Origin: Candidatus Latescibacterota bacterium
GTDB taxonomy: Bacteria > Latescibacterota > UBA2968 > UBA8231
DNA length: 64,000 nucleotides
Direction of reading: 5' to 3'
NCBI GenBank assembly: GCA_965248355.1
Contig: OZ252098.1
Span: 4,224,001 to 4,288,000, forward strand
Shown here: positions 29,288-38,358 of the stretch, piece after piece
Layout of the letters: every line of letters begins with the position of its first letter
Position numbering within the stretch: the first letter of the stretch is position 1
The notes under the pieces: generated by a model
Seen by the model: only the letters and a program-made list of their open reading frames with translations
Database searches by the model: none
What the model was told of the DNA's origin: nothing
Translations under genes and position numbers: made by a program

Positions 29288-32200
29288 CTATTCGGCGGTC
29301 GCCTCGGCGGGCGCGGCCACGGAGGGCTCGGAGTCCGTGTTCCTGTCGATGTGCGCGCGCATGGCCTCTACCTCCACATGGATGCGGCGCGTGGCTTGGG
29401 ACTGCCGAATGCGGCGCAGCCTCACGATGTTCTGGAATGCACCAAGCGCGCTCGTGTCCTGAACGCCGGTCGCGTAGAAGAGCTGGATTCCCATTGCGTC
29501 CGCAAGTCCGATCTGCGTCTTCAACAGCAGCGCCTTGTTGGCCTTTCCCAATGGGTTGTCCAGGATCAGCACGCCGGCTTCTCCCGTGCCTTCGTGCATC
29601 GCGTCCGCGCGCAGCCTCGCGATCACGAGGTAGATCATCATCGCGGCGGTGAGCAGCTCTCCGCCGGAAACGGTCACTCGCTCGATGGGCATGTGCTCGG
29701 TGTCGCCCTCCCCTTTCGGCTTGAGGAGTCGGATGTCCAGCGTGCTCCTGCCGAGGGCCGGCGTCATGTATTCAACCATCTCCGCGGCGATGTCCTGGCC
29801 CCTTTCAGGTACCCGGTCGGCCTCCACCAGATCGGTGATGTAGCTGCGCAGAATCTCCCTGCGTTGCGTAGCTGGGATACGGGAGAGGTCCGCACCGATG
29901 CGGAACACGGACTGGCCGCCGAATCGTGGTACATCGCCCGGAATCCGTCCGTCGCGGACCATGCGGCGCACGATATGCAAGGCCGTACGCAATAGATGGT
30001 CCAGCTCATCGATGCACCCCTGGAGATCGTCGTCGAGTCGTGACAGGTCGTGCTCGATGCTCTTCAGGCGATCGTCGATCAGCGCCGCCGTTCCCGGTGC
30101 GTGGGCAGCGACGTCCAGAGGATCATTTGCGCTCAGGTGCAAGGCGACCTCGCGTTCCTCTTCCAGCCGGCTGAAGGTGGGGGAGTTCATAAACCTCCGG
30201 ATCTCGTCGTAGCTGCCGTAGACCCGCTTGTGCGCTTCGCTCAACGCGGCTCGCGCTCGGCCGAGCCCGGACACGGTGTCGTTGACAACAGTCGCTACCT
30301 TTTGGTGACGCGGGAGTTCGATCCGTTCCGGTGAAGTGGACTCGCCGTGCAGCACGCCATCCAGCGTAGCCGCCCAGTTCATGTACTCCTTTGCGGTGCG
30401 TTCGTTCCGTGCCGCCTCCTGGCGGGTCCGCTCCGCCGCCTGCGCCTCCCGTGTTCCGAGAGCCTCTTGCTGGACGATGGTCTCCTCCGCCCGCGACGCT
30501 ATACCGGCCAAGTCCTCCCGTTCGTGGGCACGGAGATCAATGAAAGCGTCCGGCTTGATCTCAGTAGCGCGCCGGTCTCTCTCGGATAGGTAATCTCTCT
30601 CCGCGCCCATTGCATCGGCGCGGGCGCTCGAAGCACTGGTACGGGCGGTGTCGAGTTCCTCATCGGCGGAGGCGGCAGCCTCTAAAACGCCGTCACGCGC
30701 GGCTTCGGCTTCGACCTTCGTTCGGTCGAGTTCGCCGAACTCCTGTCCGAAGCGGTCTTCCTTCCCGTTCAGAGCCCGTTGGATCTCCTGTAGCTGCCCG
30801 AGCAGATGGTCGACCCGCTCCTGCTCCAGGTTCTTCAACGTATCCAGGTGCTGGCCGTAGTTGCGGCGCAGGGCCTCGAGATCCTCCGATATCCGTCCGC
30901 CGGGTGCCGTGTACTCGATGTCTACGCTCTCGCGTTGCATGTCTGCGGCCCGACTCGCCTCCTCCTTCGCGTCCTGTTCGCAAGTGCGGGCTTCGACCTC
31001 CAGCAAGTCCCGCTTCGCCTGCCACTCCCCGGCGCTCGCCTCGGCGGCGTGCGCCGCTTGCGCGTGGCGAAGGCGCTCCAACTGCCAATCCTCTACGCGC
31101 GACTCCCATTGCGCGTGATGCTCACCGGCACGGCGGGCACGTTCAGAGCAGGCGTGGGCCTGCTTGTCGCATTCGCGTGCACGGTCACGGCAAAGCCTGG
31201 CATCGCCCTCATCGGTTTCGATCCGCTTCGACAGCGCGTCGAGTCCTGCTCCGATTTCCTCGTTGCGCACCTCATTCTTCTTGATGGACTGTCGCACTGC
31301 GTCAAGCCGACCGCCGCCGAACCGTTCGCGCCAGGTTTTCAAATTCTGAAGCGTGGACTCCAACCCCTCCAACCGCCTCCGTACTGCGTCGATCGATTCC
31401 CCGATTCGGGCGAGATCGTCCTCGATGCGCTGTTGCAGCTCTCTTGCGGCCCCTCCGTCGTAGGCGGCCGCGTCGTCGACCGCCAGGACGAACCGATCTC
31501 CCGGGGTCTCTCCGGGTACGTCGCCGGCAATCGCGACGGTCACCGCCCGGCTCAGGGGCGGAGCGGACTTAAGCACCCGGCGCGCCTCGCTCAGCGCCTT
31601 CCGATTGGGGACTGCAACGCCGGCGAAGCGGGCAGGGTCGAGCTCGGCGAAACGGCGCACCTCGTCGGGCGAGCGCAGAATCTCGCACAGGTAGGCGGCA
31701 TAGGGTTGGACGTCCACCATGCCGGAGTCACTGAGCTGCTCGGTGACGGCACGTACATCCTTGTCGATTGAGGCAAGTCCCGTGGCTTCGAGAGACTCGC
31801 GACCGGCTTCGAGCAGCTCTTGGCGCCGCTCGTTATCGCGGAGCGTCGCGGCGCACTCGCCCTTGGCATTCGCAAGCACCCGGTCGACTGCGTCCGAGTC
31901 CGGATCGACTTCGCTCTCGCCGGTCAGCTCGAGAATGGTCGAATCAAAGGCCAGAGAACGGCGTTTCTCCTCGCCTTCCCGAACGGTTTCCTGCAAGGAT
32001 TCAAGCTCGCTTGCGATGCCGGACCGCTCGGCCTTGAAATCGCCTTGGCAATCACGGTGCGCCCCGGTCGCCTCGTCCCTCTCATCGGCCTGACGGCGCA
32101 GATCGAGCGCCTCGTCCCGGACCGCCCGCGCGGCTTCCGCATGGCGGTGCGATGCCGCCTCGGCGCTCTCCCCGGATACGAGAACCCCCTCCTCCTCCAG

Positions 32201-33664
32201 CCGAGCCCGAAAGTCCCGCGAGTGGCCGAGGTCCACATCAATGCCGGCTATCTTCCGCCGCTCCGCCTGGGCACTTTCCTTGTCGGCCGTTCGCTGTTCT
32301 TCGGCCTCGCGTGCCGCCGCCATCGCCTGGGCGGCGTCGGCCGTCAGGGACTGTTGTCGCTCGCGCATCGCTGCGGCGCGTCGGTTGAGCGTCGCTTCGA
32401 GGTCGGCGCCCATGCCCCGCAGCACGTCGCGACGCGGTTCGAGGTCCGCACGCTCCGCATCGATCGCCTCTCGAAGCGACTCGCTTCGCGCGCGGTCGTC
32501 GAGGATCTCCCGAATCGACACCGCACCCTGGAGGAGATTTGCTCGCGACTTGGCTTGCGCCAGTTCCTCCTCGCGCGTCGCGGCCAAAGCCTTGGCGGCC
32601 TCGTGTCGGCCGCGAGCCATCTCGACCTGTGCGGAAGCGAACCGGACTCGCGCCTCCCTGCACGCAGCCTCGGCTTGATCTGCGGCTGCGCTGTGGGTGC
32701 CGGCCCTTTCGGAAAGTGCAGCGGCCTGCTGCGAGGCCTGAGCTCCATGCTCCCCCAGCGCCGCCTTGAGGCCGGCGGCATTGCCGCTTCGCTGCGAGAA
32801 GTCCTCCTGCGCTGCCTTTGCCTCACCGGCGATTTCCACGAACGGCGCGAATCGTTCCTTCAACTGGCGAATCGCATCCCGGCGTCCTTGCAGACGTGGC
32901 AAGTCCGCGAGCCTGCCGACATGCTCGGCGAGCACCGTCCGTACCGGGTGGGCCTCCGCCTCCGGCACGGTCATCGCCAGAAACTTCCGAACGAACTCAG
33001 ACTCGCTCCGGAAGTTCAGGAAGTCCTCGATGCCGCCCTCGCTTCGGTTGAACTCGACCTGGGCCGCGAGCAGCTCGGTGTCGATCTTCTCTTCAGCGAG
33101 CTTGCGCTTCCAATCCGACTGCTTGTCGAAGTTCTGAAAGTTGCCGGGGTGGTTCGAACGCATCGTGTGGAGCCAGCCCTGCACATTCTGATGCCCGTTG
33201 AGCCGGCCATGCGCCTCGAATCCCGGGAGACCGGGGGCCGGGATGTCGTCGAGTGCGAGACCGGGCGCGCTTCGGAACGCGAAGAAGTGTCGGTCGAGCT
33301 CTCGCTGCCGTCCCTCCCCCCGCGGAACCACCAGTTGGCCGGTGACCAGGCGTTGCGCGTCCAGAAAGCTCGTCTGACCGCCCGAGAGGTCCCATTCCAC
33401 GAGAATGAACGCAGGTACGTCGCCGAAATAGTCGCCGAACTTCTGGTTTGGTCGGATCAGGGTCTTCAGGAACCGCCTTTCACTGGGATCGAAGCAGCTC
33501 AGCACCAGGGCCAGAAAGGACGTTTTCCCGCCGGTGTTCTCCAGGCTGAACACCGTGTGCCTGGGCTCTCCGGTCCGGGGATCGGCAAGCTCGATCGTGG
33601 TCCCGGGGTAGTAGGCCTCGTGCCAGCCGCAGTCGGATAGGTGGATGCGTGTGATGTACCGCAT
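29288..33664 (-). CDS. jetC: Wadjet JetC-like SMC ATPase (1458 aa)
   Basis: Walker A-like LENTGGKTS, long coiled coils with central hinge, signature SGGE and Walker B-like VLILDNPLG. Confidence 0.85.
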   Translation of the reverse strand: MRYITRIHLSDCGWHEAYYPGTTIELADPRTGEPRHTVFSLENTGGKTSFLALVLSCFDPSERRFLKTLIRPNQKFGDYFGDVPAFILVEWDLSGGQTSFLDAQRLVTGQLVVPRGEGRQRELDRHFFAFRSAPGLALDDIPAPGLPGFEAHGRLNGHQNVQGWLHTMRSNHPGNFQNFDKQSDWKRKLAEEKIDTELLAAQVEFNRSEGGIEDFLNFRSESEFVRKFLAMTVPEAEAHPVRTVLAEHVGRLADLPRLQGRRDAIRQLKERFAPFVEIAGEAKAAQEDFSQRSGNAAGLKAALGEHGAQASQQAAALSERAGTHSAAADQAEAACREARVRFASAQVEMARGRHEAAKALAATREEELAQAKSRANLLQGAVSIREILDDRARSESLREAIDAERADLEPRRDVLRGMGADLEATLNRRAAAMRERQQSLTADAAQAMAAAREAEEQRTADKESAQAERRKIAGIDVDLGHSRDFRARLEEEGVLVSGESAEAASHRHAEAARAVRDEALDLRRQADERDEATGAHRDCQGDFKAERSGIASELESLQETVREGEEKRRSLAFDSTILELTGESEVDPDSDAVDRVLANAKGECAATLRDNERRQELLEAGRESLEATGLASIDKDVRAVTEQLSDSGMVDVQPYAAYLCEILRSPDEVRRFAELDPARFAGVAVPNRKALSEARRVLKSAPPLSRAVTVAIAGDVPGETPGDRFVLAVDDAAAYDGGAARELQQRIEDDLARIGESIDAVRRRLEGLESTLQNLKTWRERFGGGRLDAVRQSIKKNEVRNEEIGAGLDALSKRIETDEGDARLCRDRARECDKQAHACSERARRAGEHHAQWESRVEDWQLERLRHAQAAHAAEASAGEWQAKRDLLEVEARTCEQDAKEEASRAADMQRESVDIEYTAPGGRISEDLEALRRNYGQHLDTLKNLEQERVDHLLGQLQEIQRALNGKEDRFGQEFGELDRTKVEAEAARDGVLEAAASADEELDTARTSASSARADAMGAERDYLSERDRRATEIKPDAFIDLRAHEREDLAGIASRAEETIVQQEALGTREAQAAERTRQEAARNERTAKEYMNWAATLDGVLHGESTSPERIELPRHQKVATVVNDTVSGLGRARAALSEAHKRVYGSYDEIRRFMNSPTFSRLEEEREVALHLSANDPLDVAAHAPGTAALIDDRLKSIEHDLSRLDDDLQGCIDELDHLLRTALHIVRRMVRDGRIPGDVPRFGGQSVFRIGADLSRIPATQRREILRSYITDLVEADRVPERGQDIAAEMVEYMTPALGRSTLDIRLLKPKGEGDTEHMPIERVTVSGGELLTAAMMIYLVIARLRADAMHEGTGEAGVLILDNPLGKANKALLLKTQIGLADAMGIQLFYATGVQDTSALGAFQNIVRLRRIRQSQATRRIHVEVEAMRAHIDRNTDSEPSVAAPAEATAE

Positions 33665-34411
33665 TCATCCTCTCCCGTGATCGAGGAAGCCGGGCAGGAC
33701 GGAGGCGCAACGTTCGAACAACTCGTTGGCGGCAAGCTCACGCACCTGGAGCCTGTAGCGTGGTGTAGGGATATAGGTCTCGCCTTCCGCGGTATCGAGG
33801 GTCCGCACCATCCCGTGCTCCTGCAGCTGGTTGAGAACGCGCTTGGCCATGCCTGCGAGCGAGCTCAGTGCCGCGCGCTGGCTGCCGTCGGGTCTGGTAT
33901 CTGGGAGGCGGATGAGCTCGCGCCAGGCCTCTGCCATCCCCGCCTCCGCTAGGTCGGGGTCGTCCCCCGCTTCGGCCTCCAGACGCTCGCAGTGCTCGCG
34001 GAGTATCGCCGCAATCCTCGCTGGCGTGGCCGAGACCTCCGCGAAGTCGTCCTGTGCGCCGGTCAGGACCGCGGCGGTCGGAAAGAACGTCGCCGCGACC
34101 GCGATATGAACGAGAGCGAGCGCGCCGCGCGACATCTCGCCGGGGCGAAGGTCAGTGAGCGTAGCGGCGAACACACTGTCCGGGCCGGACGGCGCCAAGA
34201 CGATCGCATGTTCGAGGACATCGATGACTCTGAGACCGAGCATCGGCGCGAGGTCCCGCACAAGTTGGCGGAATTCGGGATCGGCTCGCCAGTGCGCCAG
34301 CAGTTGCCGATAGTCGACATCGTCGCGCAGCGCAGAGGCTCGCGGGGACAGTCCCTTGTTGAGGAGAAGAACGGCCTTCTGGGCCTCGCTCAAATGTGTC
34401 AGGTCCGCCAT
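33665..34411 (-). CDS. jetB: Wadjet JetB-like (MukE/kite) subunit
   Basis: 248 aa with a winged-helix-like C-terminus (VLNQLQEHGMV...YIPTPRY). Lies between the A and C genes, overlapping jetA. Confidence 0.7.
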   Translation of the reverse strand: MADLTHLSEAQKAVLLLNKGLSPRASALRDDVDYRQLLAHWRADPEFRQLVRDLAPMLGLRVIDVLEHAIVLAPSGPDSVFAATLTDLRPGEMSRGALALVHIAVAATFFPTAAVLTGAQDDFAEVSATPARIAAILREHCERLEAEAGDDPDLAEAGMAEAWRELIRLPDTRPDGSQRAALSSLAGMAKRVLNQLQEHGMVRTLDTAEGETYIPTPRYRLQVRELAANELFERCASVLPGFLDHGRG

Positions 34412-35829
34412 CGCTCTGAATCCTTGGCGAGCACCAGATTGTCACCAGCGGCGCGCTCATGCGCGATCTTCCCGTCGATCGAAGCGATGACGCCCAGAGG
34501 ATCGTCCTGAGGACACCACGACCGCAGCATCAGAAACAGCACGCAGCGCAGGGTGGATTCCGCAAGACCTTGTCTCTCGGCGGTGCTGATTGCCGATGCC
34601 ATGTCCAAGCGCGCGCGTGTCGAGATCTCCCGGACCAGCCACTCCTGTGCTTCTTCAATCTCGTCGGCTTCAAACTCGGGAGGCACGCGCTCGATCCCCA
34701 CGAGATCATGCTCATCGTGCTCACCGGCGGGGTCTCGGCGGAACCGGGGCTGGGTGGCGCTCTCGAACAGCAACGCCAGATCGTAAAGCAGCGGCGGCGT
34801 GGGGGCGGCGAAGACGATCCCGACCTCGTCGCTCATGTCGGAGACAGCTCTCATCGGCGAGGCAAGCAGCGGAACCAGAATTCGATCCTCGAGATCGGGC
34901 ACATTCTGCGTACGGCGCGCCCGGAACGCGTTCACCTGAAGCTGGCGGAACTCCTCCGACGCGGTCATGACGCGTTCGAAAAGGGCTGCATGACGCTGGC
35001 GGCATTCGTCGATCGTGTTCTTGAGATCGACGAGGTGATCCCGCGTGTCGCCGCGTGCATTCGCGACATGCTCCCGGATCGATTCGATGATTGCGGTTTC
35101 GTGCTTGCGACGTTCGCTCAGATGCGTGCGGGCCTCGTCGAGCTCCGGCAGCACCTCCTCGCTCCAGACAATGCGGTCGGCGGCGCGTCGGACCTGAAAC
35201 AGCCGGTCTTCAATGAACTGCTGATAGTGGATCGAGCGCATGCGTGCGCGCTGGGCGAGGGTCCGCGCATCCTTGAATCGGCCGCGCTCGACCGCCTTTC
35301 GGATCATGATCGCCTCGGCTTCCTGCGCGAACTCGGGCGCCACATCGAGCATTGCGAGCGTCAGGATCTGCGCGCCGCGGCCCAGCTTGAACCTGGCTGA
35401 TCCGTCGGGGGCCATGGACAGGGCCAACAGCCGGAAGTCGTGAAACGAATAGCCGCCGCGGCCGGCATCGTAGTACTCGACGCGAAACGCCTTGTGCCCG
35501 TCCCGGGCGTTGGCGAGATAGTCGAGAACCACCTGCCCGACCTTGCGGCTCTGATCGTCCGTCAGACTCGGCTTCACCCGCGCCGCTTCGGTGGAGACAT
35601 GCTCGACGATTTCGTCTGGCGAAGCACCGGACTCGATCGCAGAGCGTTCCATGACGAAGTCGACCGCGCTCAGCGCCAGATACTGGACATCCAGGCGGTC
35701 GGCGATCGTCGGATCGTCCTTGAAAATCACACGTCTCTCGAGGGATAGTCGCGCGACCGGCTCGGCCAGCAGCAGATTGCGCTGCTGACTCGTCAGGGAC
35801 TCGCGGGAATTTCCGTCGGACATGTTCAC
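34399..35829 (-). CDS. jetA: Wadjet JetA-like (MukF/kleisin) subunit
   Basis: 476-aa helical protein, first gene of the tightly coupled operon. Call rests on size and position. Confidence 0.68.
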   Translation of the reverse strand: MNMSDGNSRESLTSQQRNLLLAEPVARLSLERRVIFKDDPTIADRLDVQYLALSAVDFVMERSAIESGASPDEIVEHVSTEAARVKPSLTDDQSRKVGQVVLDYLANARDGHKAFRVEYYDAGRGGYSFHDFRLLALSMAPDGSARFKLGRGAQILTLAMLDVAPEFAQEAEAIMIRKAVERGRFKDARTLAQRARMRSIHYQQFIEDRLFQVRRAADRIVWSEEVLPELDEARTHLSERRKHETAIIESIREHVANARGDTRDHLVDLKNTIDECRQRHAALFERVMTASEEFRQLQVNAFRARRTQNVPDLEDRILVPLLASPMRAVSDMSDEVGIVFAAPTPPLLYDLALLFESATQPRFRRDPAGEHDEHDLVGIERVPPEFEADEIEEAQEWLVREISTRARLDMASAISTAERQGLAESTLRCVLFLMLRSWCPQDDPLGVIASIDGKIAHERAAGDNLVLAKDSERWRT

Positions 35830-35851
35830 GAGAGGGGATAACTCCCGCTGG

Positions 35852-36772
35852 CTACAGCCGGCCCTGGTAGAGCCCGATCACCTGGTCCAGCAGCTCCAGC
35901 GCCTCCTCCCGCCCCCGCTGAAATGCGTTGCGGCCGATGATGGAGCCGAAGCCGCCGCCGTCGCGGATGCCGCGGATCTCCTCCAGCACCTCGGCGGTGC
36001 CCTTGGCGGGTCCCCCGGAGAAGATGATGACCCGGCGGCCGGCGAAGGCGGACTGGACGACGTGGGCGACGCGCTCGGCGAGGGTGGACGTGGGCGTGCC
36101 GGCCTTCTCGTAGGCCCGGCTCGCCTCGTCCTGCTCCACGAAGTCGTCGGGCGGCTTCACCTTGATGATGTGGGCGCCGAGCTGGGCGGCGATCTGGGCG
36201 GCGTACGCGGAGACGTCGAGGGCGGTCTCGCCTTCCTTGCTCAGGTCCGAGCCGCGGGGGTAGGACCAGACGACGACCACGAGGCCGTGGCGCTTGGCCT
36301 CCTCGGCCAGGGCCTGGAGCTTCTCGTACATCTGCACGCGCCGGGCCGAGCCGGGGTAGACGGTATAGCCGATGGCGGCGCACCCGAGGCGCAGGGCGGC
36401 CTCCACCGAGCCGGTCACGGCCTGCAGGGGATCGGCGTCGGAGGCCAGGTTCTCGCGGTTGTTGAGCTTGAGGATCAGGGGCAGCTCGCCGGCGTAGTCG
36501 CGGGCCCCGGCCTCGAGGAAGCCGAGGGGCGCGGCGTAGGCGTTGAGGCCGGCCTCGAGGGCCAGCTCGAAGTGGTAGCGGGGGTCGAAGGCGGGGGGGT
36601 TGGGCACGAAGGAGCGGGCCGGACCGTGCTCCACGCCCTGGTCGACGGGCAGGATGACGAGCCGGCCGCTGCCGCCGAGCCTCCCCTGGTTGAGGAGGCG
36701 GGCGAGGTTGGTCAGCGTGCCGGGGTTGTCGCTGCCGTACCAGCTCAGGATCTCGCGGACTCGGGGCTCCAT
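35852..36772 (-). CDS. fbaB: Class I fructose-bisphosphate aldolase (DhnA type)
   Basis: ILPVDQGVEHGPARSF, WSYPRG, AAQLGAHIIKVK, FSGG and SIIGRNAFQR motifs. Confidence 0.93.
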   Translation of the reverse strand: MEPRVREILSWYGSDNPGTLTNLARLLNQGRLGGSGRLVILPVDQGVEHGPARSFVPNPPAFDPRYHFELALEAGLNAYAAPLGFLEAGARDYAGELPLILKLNNRENLASDADPLQAVTGSVEAALRLGCAAIGYTVYPGSARRVQMYEKLQALAEEAKRHGLVVVVWSYPRGSDLSKEGETALDVSAYAAQIAAQLGAHIIKVKPPDDFVEQDEASRAYEKAGTPTSTLAERVAHVVQSAFAGRRVIIFSGGPAKGTAEVLEEIRGIRDGGGFGSIIGRNAFQRGREEALELLDQVIGLYQGRL

Positions 36773-36873
36773 GGTCGTGACTCTCTCAGGGTTGGTTGAA
36801 GGACATCATCGGCGATCGTTGCTGCTTCCCTAAACTCGGAGCAGGGGCCCCCAAACGCCACCCGGCCGCGGGC

Positions 36874-37758
36874 CTACCCTTGCCGCCGGGTGGGCTCGAC
36901 CCCGACGCCGAACCGTTTCTCGAAGGCGGCCCATATCCCGGCCGGCACCTCCTGCGTCGCCGCGTCGTACGCCTCCTGGAGCTGCTGGCGGTCGGCCGGG
37001 CCGCTCATGACGATGCCGTCGATGGGCGCGTCGAGACAGAACTGCATGGCCAGGTGCTTGATGTCCACGTCCCGCTCCCGGCACCACTCCCACATGGCGT
37101 GGGCCCGCGGCTCGGCGGCCCGGTCCGGCTCGACGCCGGTGAGGCGGCCCATGCCGAAGACGCTGGCCAGGATCAGGCCGGTGCCGTGTTCCCTGGCCAG
37201 GGGCATGGTGGTGCCGGCGGCGGACTGGTCCAGGAGGGTGTAGTCGAGGAAGGTGAGGACGATCTCGGCGTGGCCGGCTTCGATGGCGGCGCGGTGGAAG
37301 TCGTGCTGGCGGACCCCCAGGCCGACGTGGCGCACCAGGCCCTCCTCCTTCATTCTCTGCAGCTCGTCGAAGGCGCGGCCTGGGCCCAGCGAGTCAGCGA
37401 TGTCGGCCGGATCGTGGACGAGCACGGCATCGAGATAGCCGACGCGGAGGGATTGCAGACTCTGCTCGACGCTCCAGCGCGTGGCCTCGGCCGAGAAGTC
37501 CTTGGGACGCTCCGGGTGCGGGCCGACCTTGGCCTGCATGTAGTAGCTCGACCGCTCGACGCCGGCCAGCGCCCGGCCCCAGCGGTCCTCGTTGCGGCCG
37601 GCGTAACTGTCGAAATAGTCTATGCCCAGATCGAGGGCGCGTTCGATGGTGGCGATGGTCTCGGCCTCGGCCACGTGGCTGACGAAGGCGGCGCCCATGC
37701 CGAGGGCCCGGGGCCGCATGCCGGTGCGGCCCATCCTGCGGCGCGGCAGGTCGGTCAT
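36874..37758 (-). CDS. Aldo/keto reductase
   Basis: LGIDYFDS, SVEQSLQSLRVGYLDAVLVHDP and KEEGLVRHVGLG motifs. Confidence 0.88.
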   Translation of the reverse strand: MTDLPRRRMGRTGMRPRALGMGAAFVSHVAEAETIATIERALDLGIDYFDSYAGRNEDRWGRALAGVERSSYYMQAKVGPHPERPKDFSAEATRWSVEQSLQSLRVGYLDAVLVHDPADIADSLGPGRAFDELQRMKEEGLVRHVGLGVRQHDFHRAAIEAGHAEIVLTFLDYTLLDQSAAGTTMPLAREHGTGLILASVFGMGRLTGVEPDRAAEPRAHAMWEWCRERDVDIKHLAMQFCLDAPIDGIVMSGPADRQQLQEAYDAATQEVPAGIWAAFEKRFGVGVEPTRRQG

Positions 37759-37792
37759 CAATCCCTCCTCAGGTCGGTCATCAATCCCTCCT
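37747..37792 (-). repeat. Perfect 23-bp tandem duplication of the RBS and start region of the AKR gene
   Basis: CAGGTCGGTCATCAATCCCTCCT at 37747-37769 and 37770-37792. Confidence 0.95.
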
Positions 37793-37805
37793 ATGGAGCT
37801 GAGTC

Positions 37806-38345
37806 ATGCTGAAGGCTTCCGATACGGCGCTGGCCGTGATCGACGTGCAGGGCAAGCTGGCGACCCTGATGCACGACCGGGACACCCTCTACCGGTGCCT
37901 GCAGATCCTGGTGCGCGGGGCTCGCGTCCTGGAGCTGCCGGTGTTGTGGCTGGAGCAGTATCCCGAGGGCCTGGGGCCGACGATCCCCGAGGTCGCCGAG
38001 CTGCTGAGCGACCAGGAGCCGCTGGCCAAGACCTGCTTCAGCGCCTGGGGCCAGCCGGACTTCGTGCGCCGCCTCGAGGAGAGCGGCCGCCGGCAGGTGC
38101 TGGTGGCCGGCATCGAGACCCACATCTGCGTCTACCAGACGGTCCGCGATCTCCGGGACCGCGGCTACGAGGTGGAGGTGGTGGAGGATGCCGTCTCCTC
38201 GCGCACGGCTCAGAACAAGCGCGTGGGACTGGAGAAGGCCCGGACCGCCGGCGCCGGGATCACCTCGGTGGAGACGGCCCTCTTCGAGCTGCTGCGCGAG
38301 GCCGGGAACCCCGGGTTCAGGGAGATCGCCCGGCTGGTGAAGTGA
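37806..38345 (+). CDS. Isochorismatase/cysteine hydrolase family protein
   Basis: VIDVQGKL, EQYPEGLGPT, KTCFS and GIETHICVYQT motifs. Confidence 0.92.
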   Translation: MLKASDTALAVIDVQGKLATLMHDRDTLYRCLQILVRGARVLELPVLWLEQYPEGLGPTIPEVAELLSDQEPLAKTCFSAWGQPDFVRRLEESGRRQVLVAGIETHICVYQTVRDLRDRGYEVEVVEDAVSSRTAQNKRVGLEKARTAGAGITSVETALFELLREAGNPGFREIARLVK

Positions 38346-38358
38346 GCCGCCGCCCGCC

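Noticed and set aside
28246..35829. Housekeeping MukBEF/SMC condensin
   Set aside because: The fourth Toprim gene, island context and degenerate motifs point to Wadjet
37747..37792. CRISPR array
   Set aside because: Two adjacent copies with no spacer and no cas genes. No array was seen anywhere in the window.
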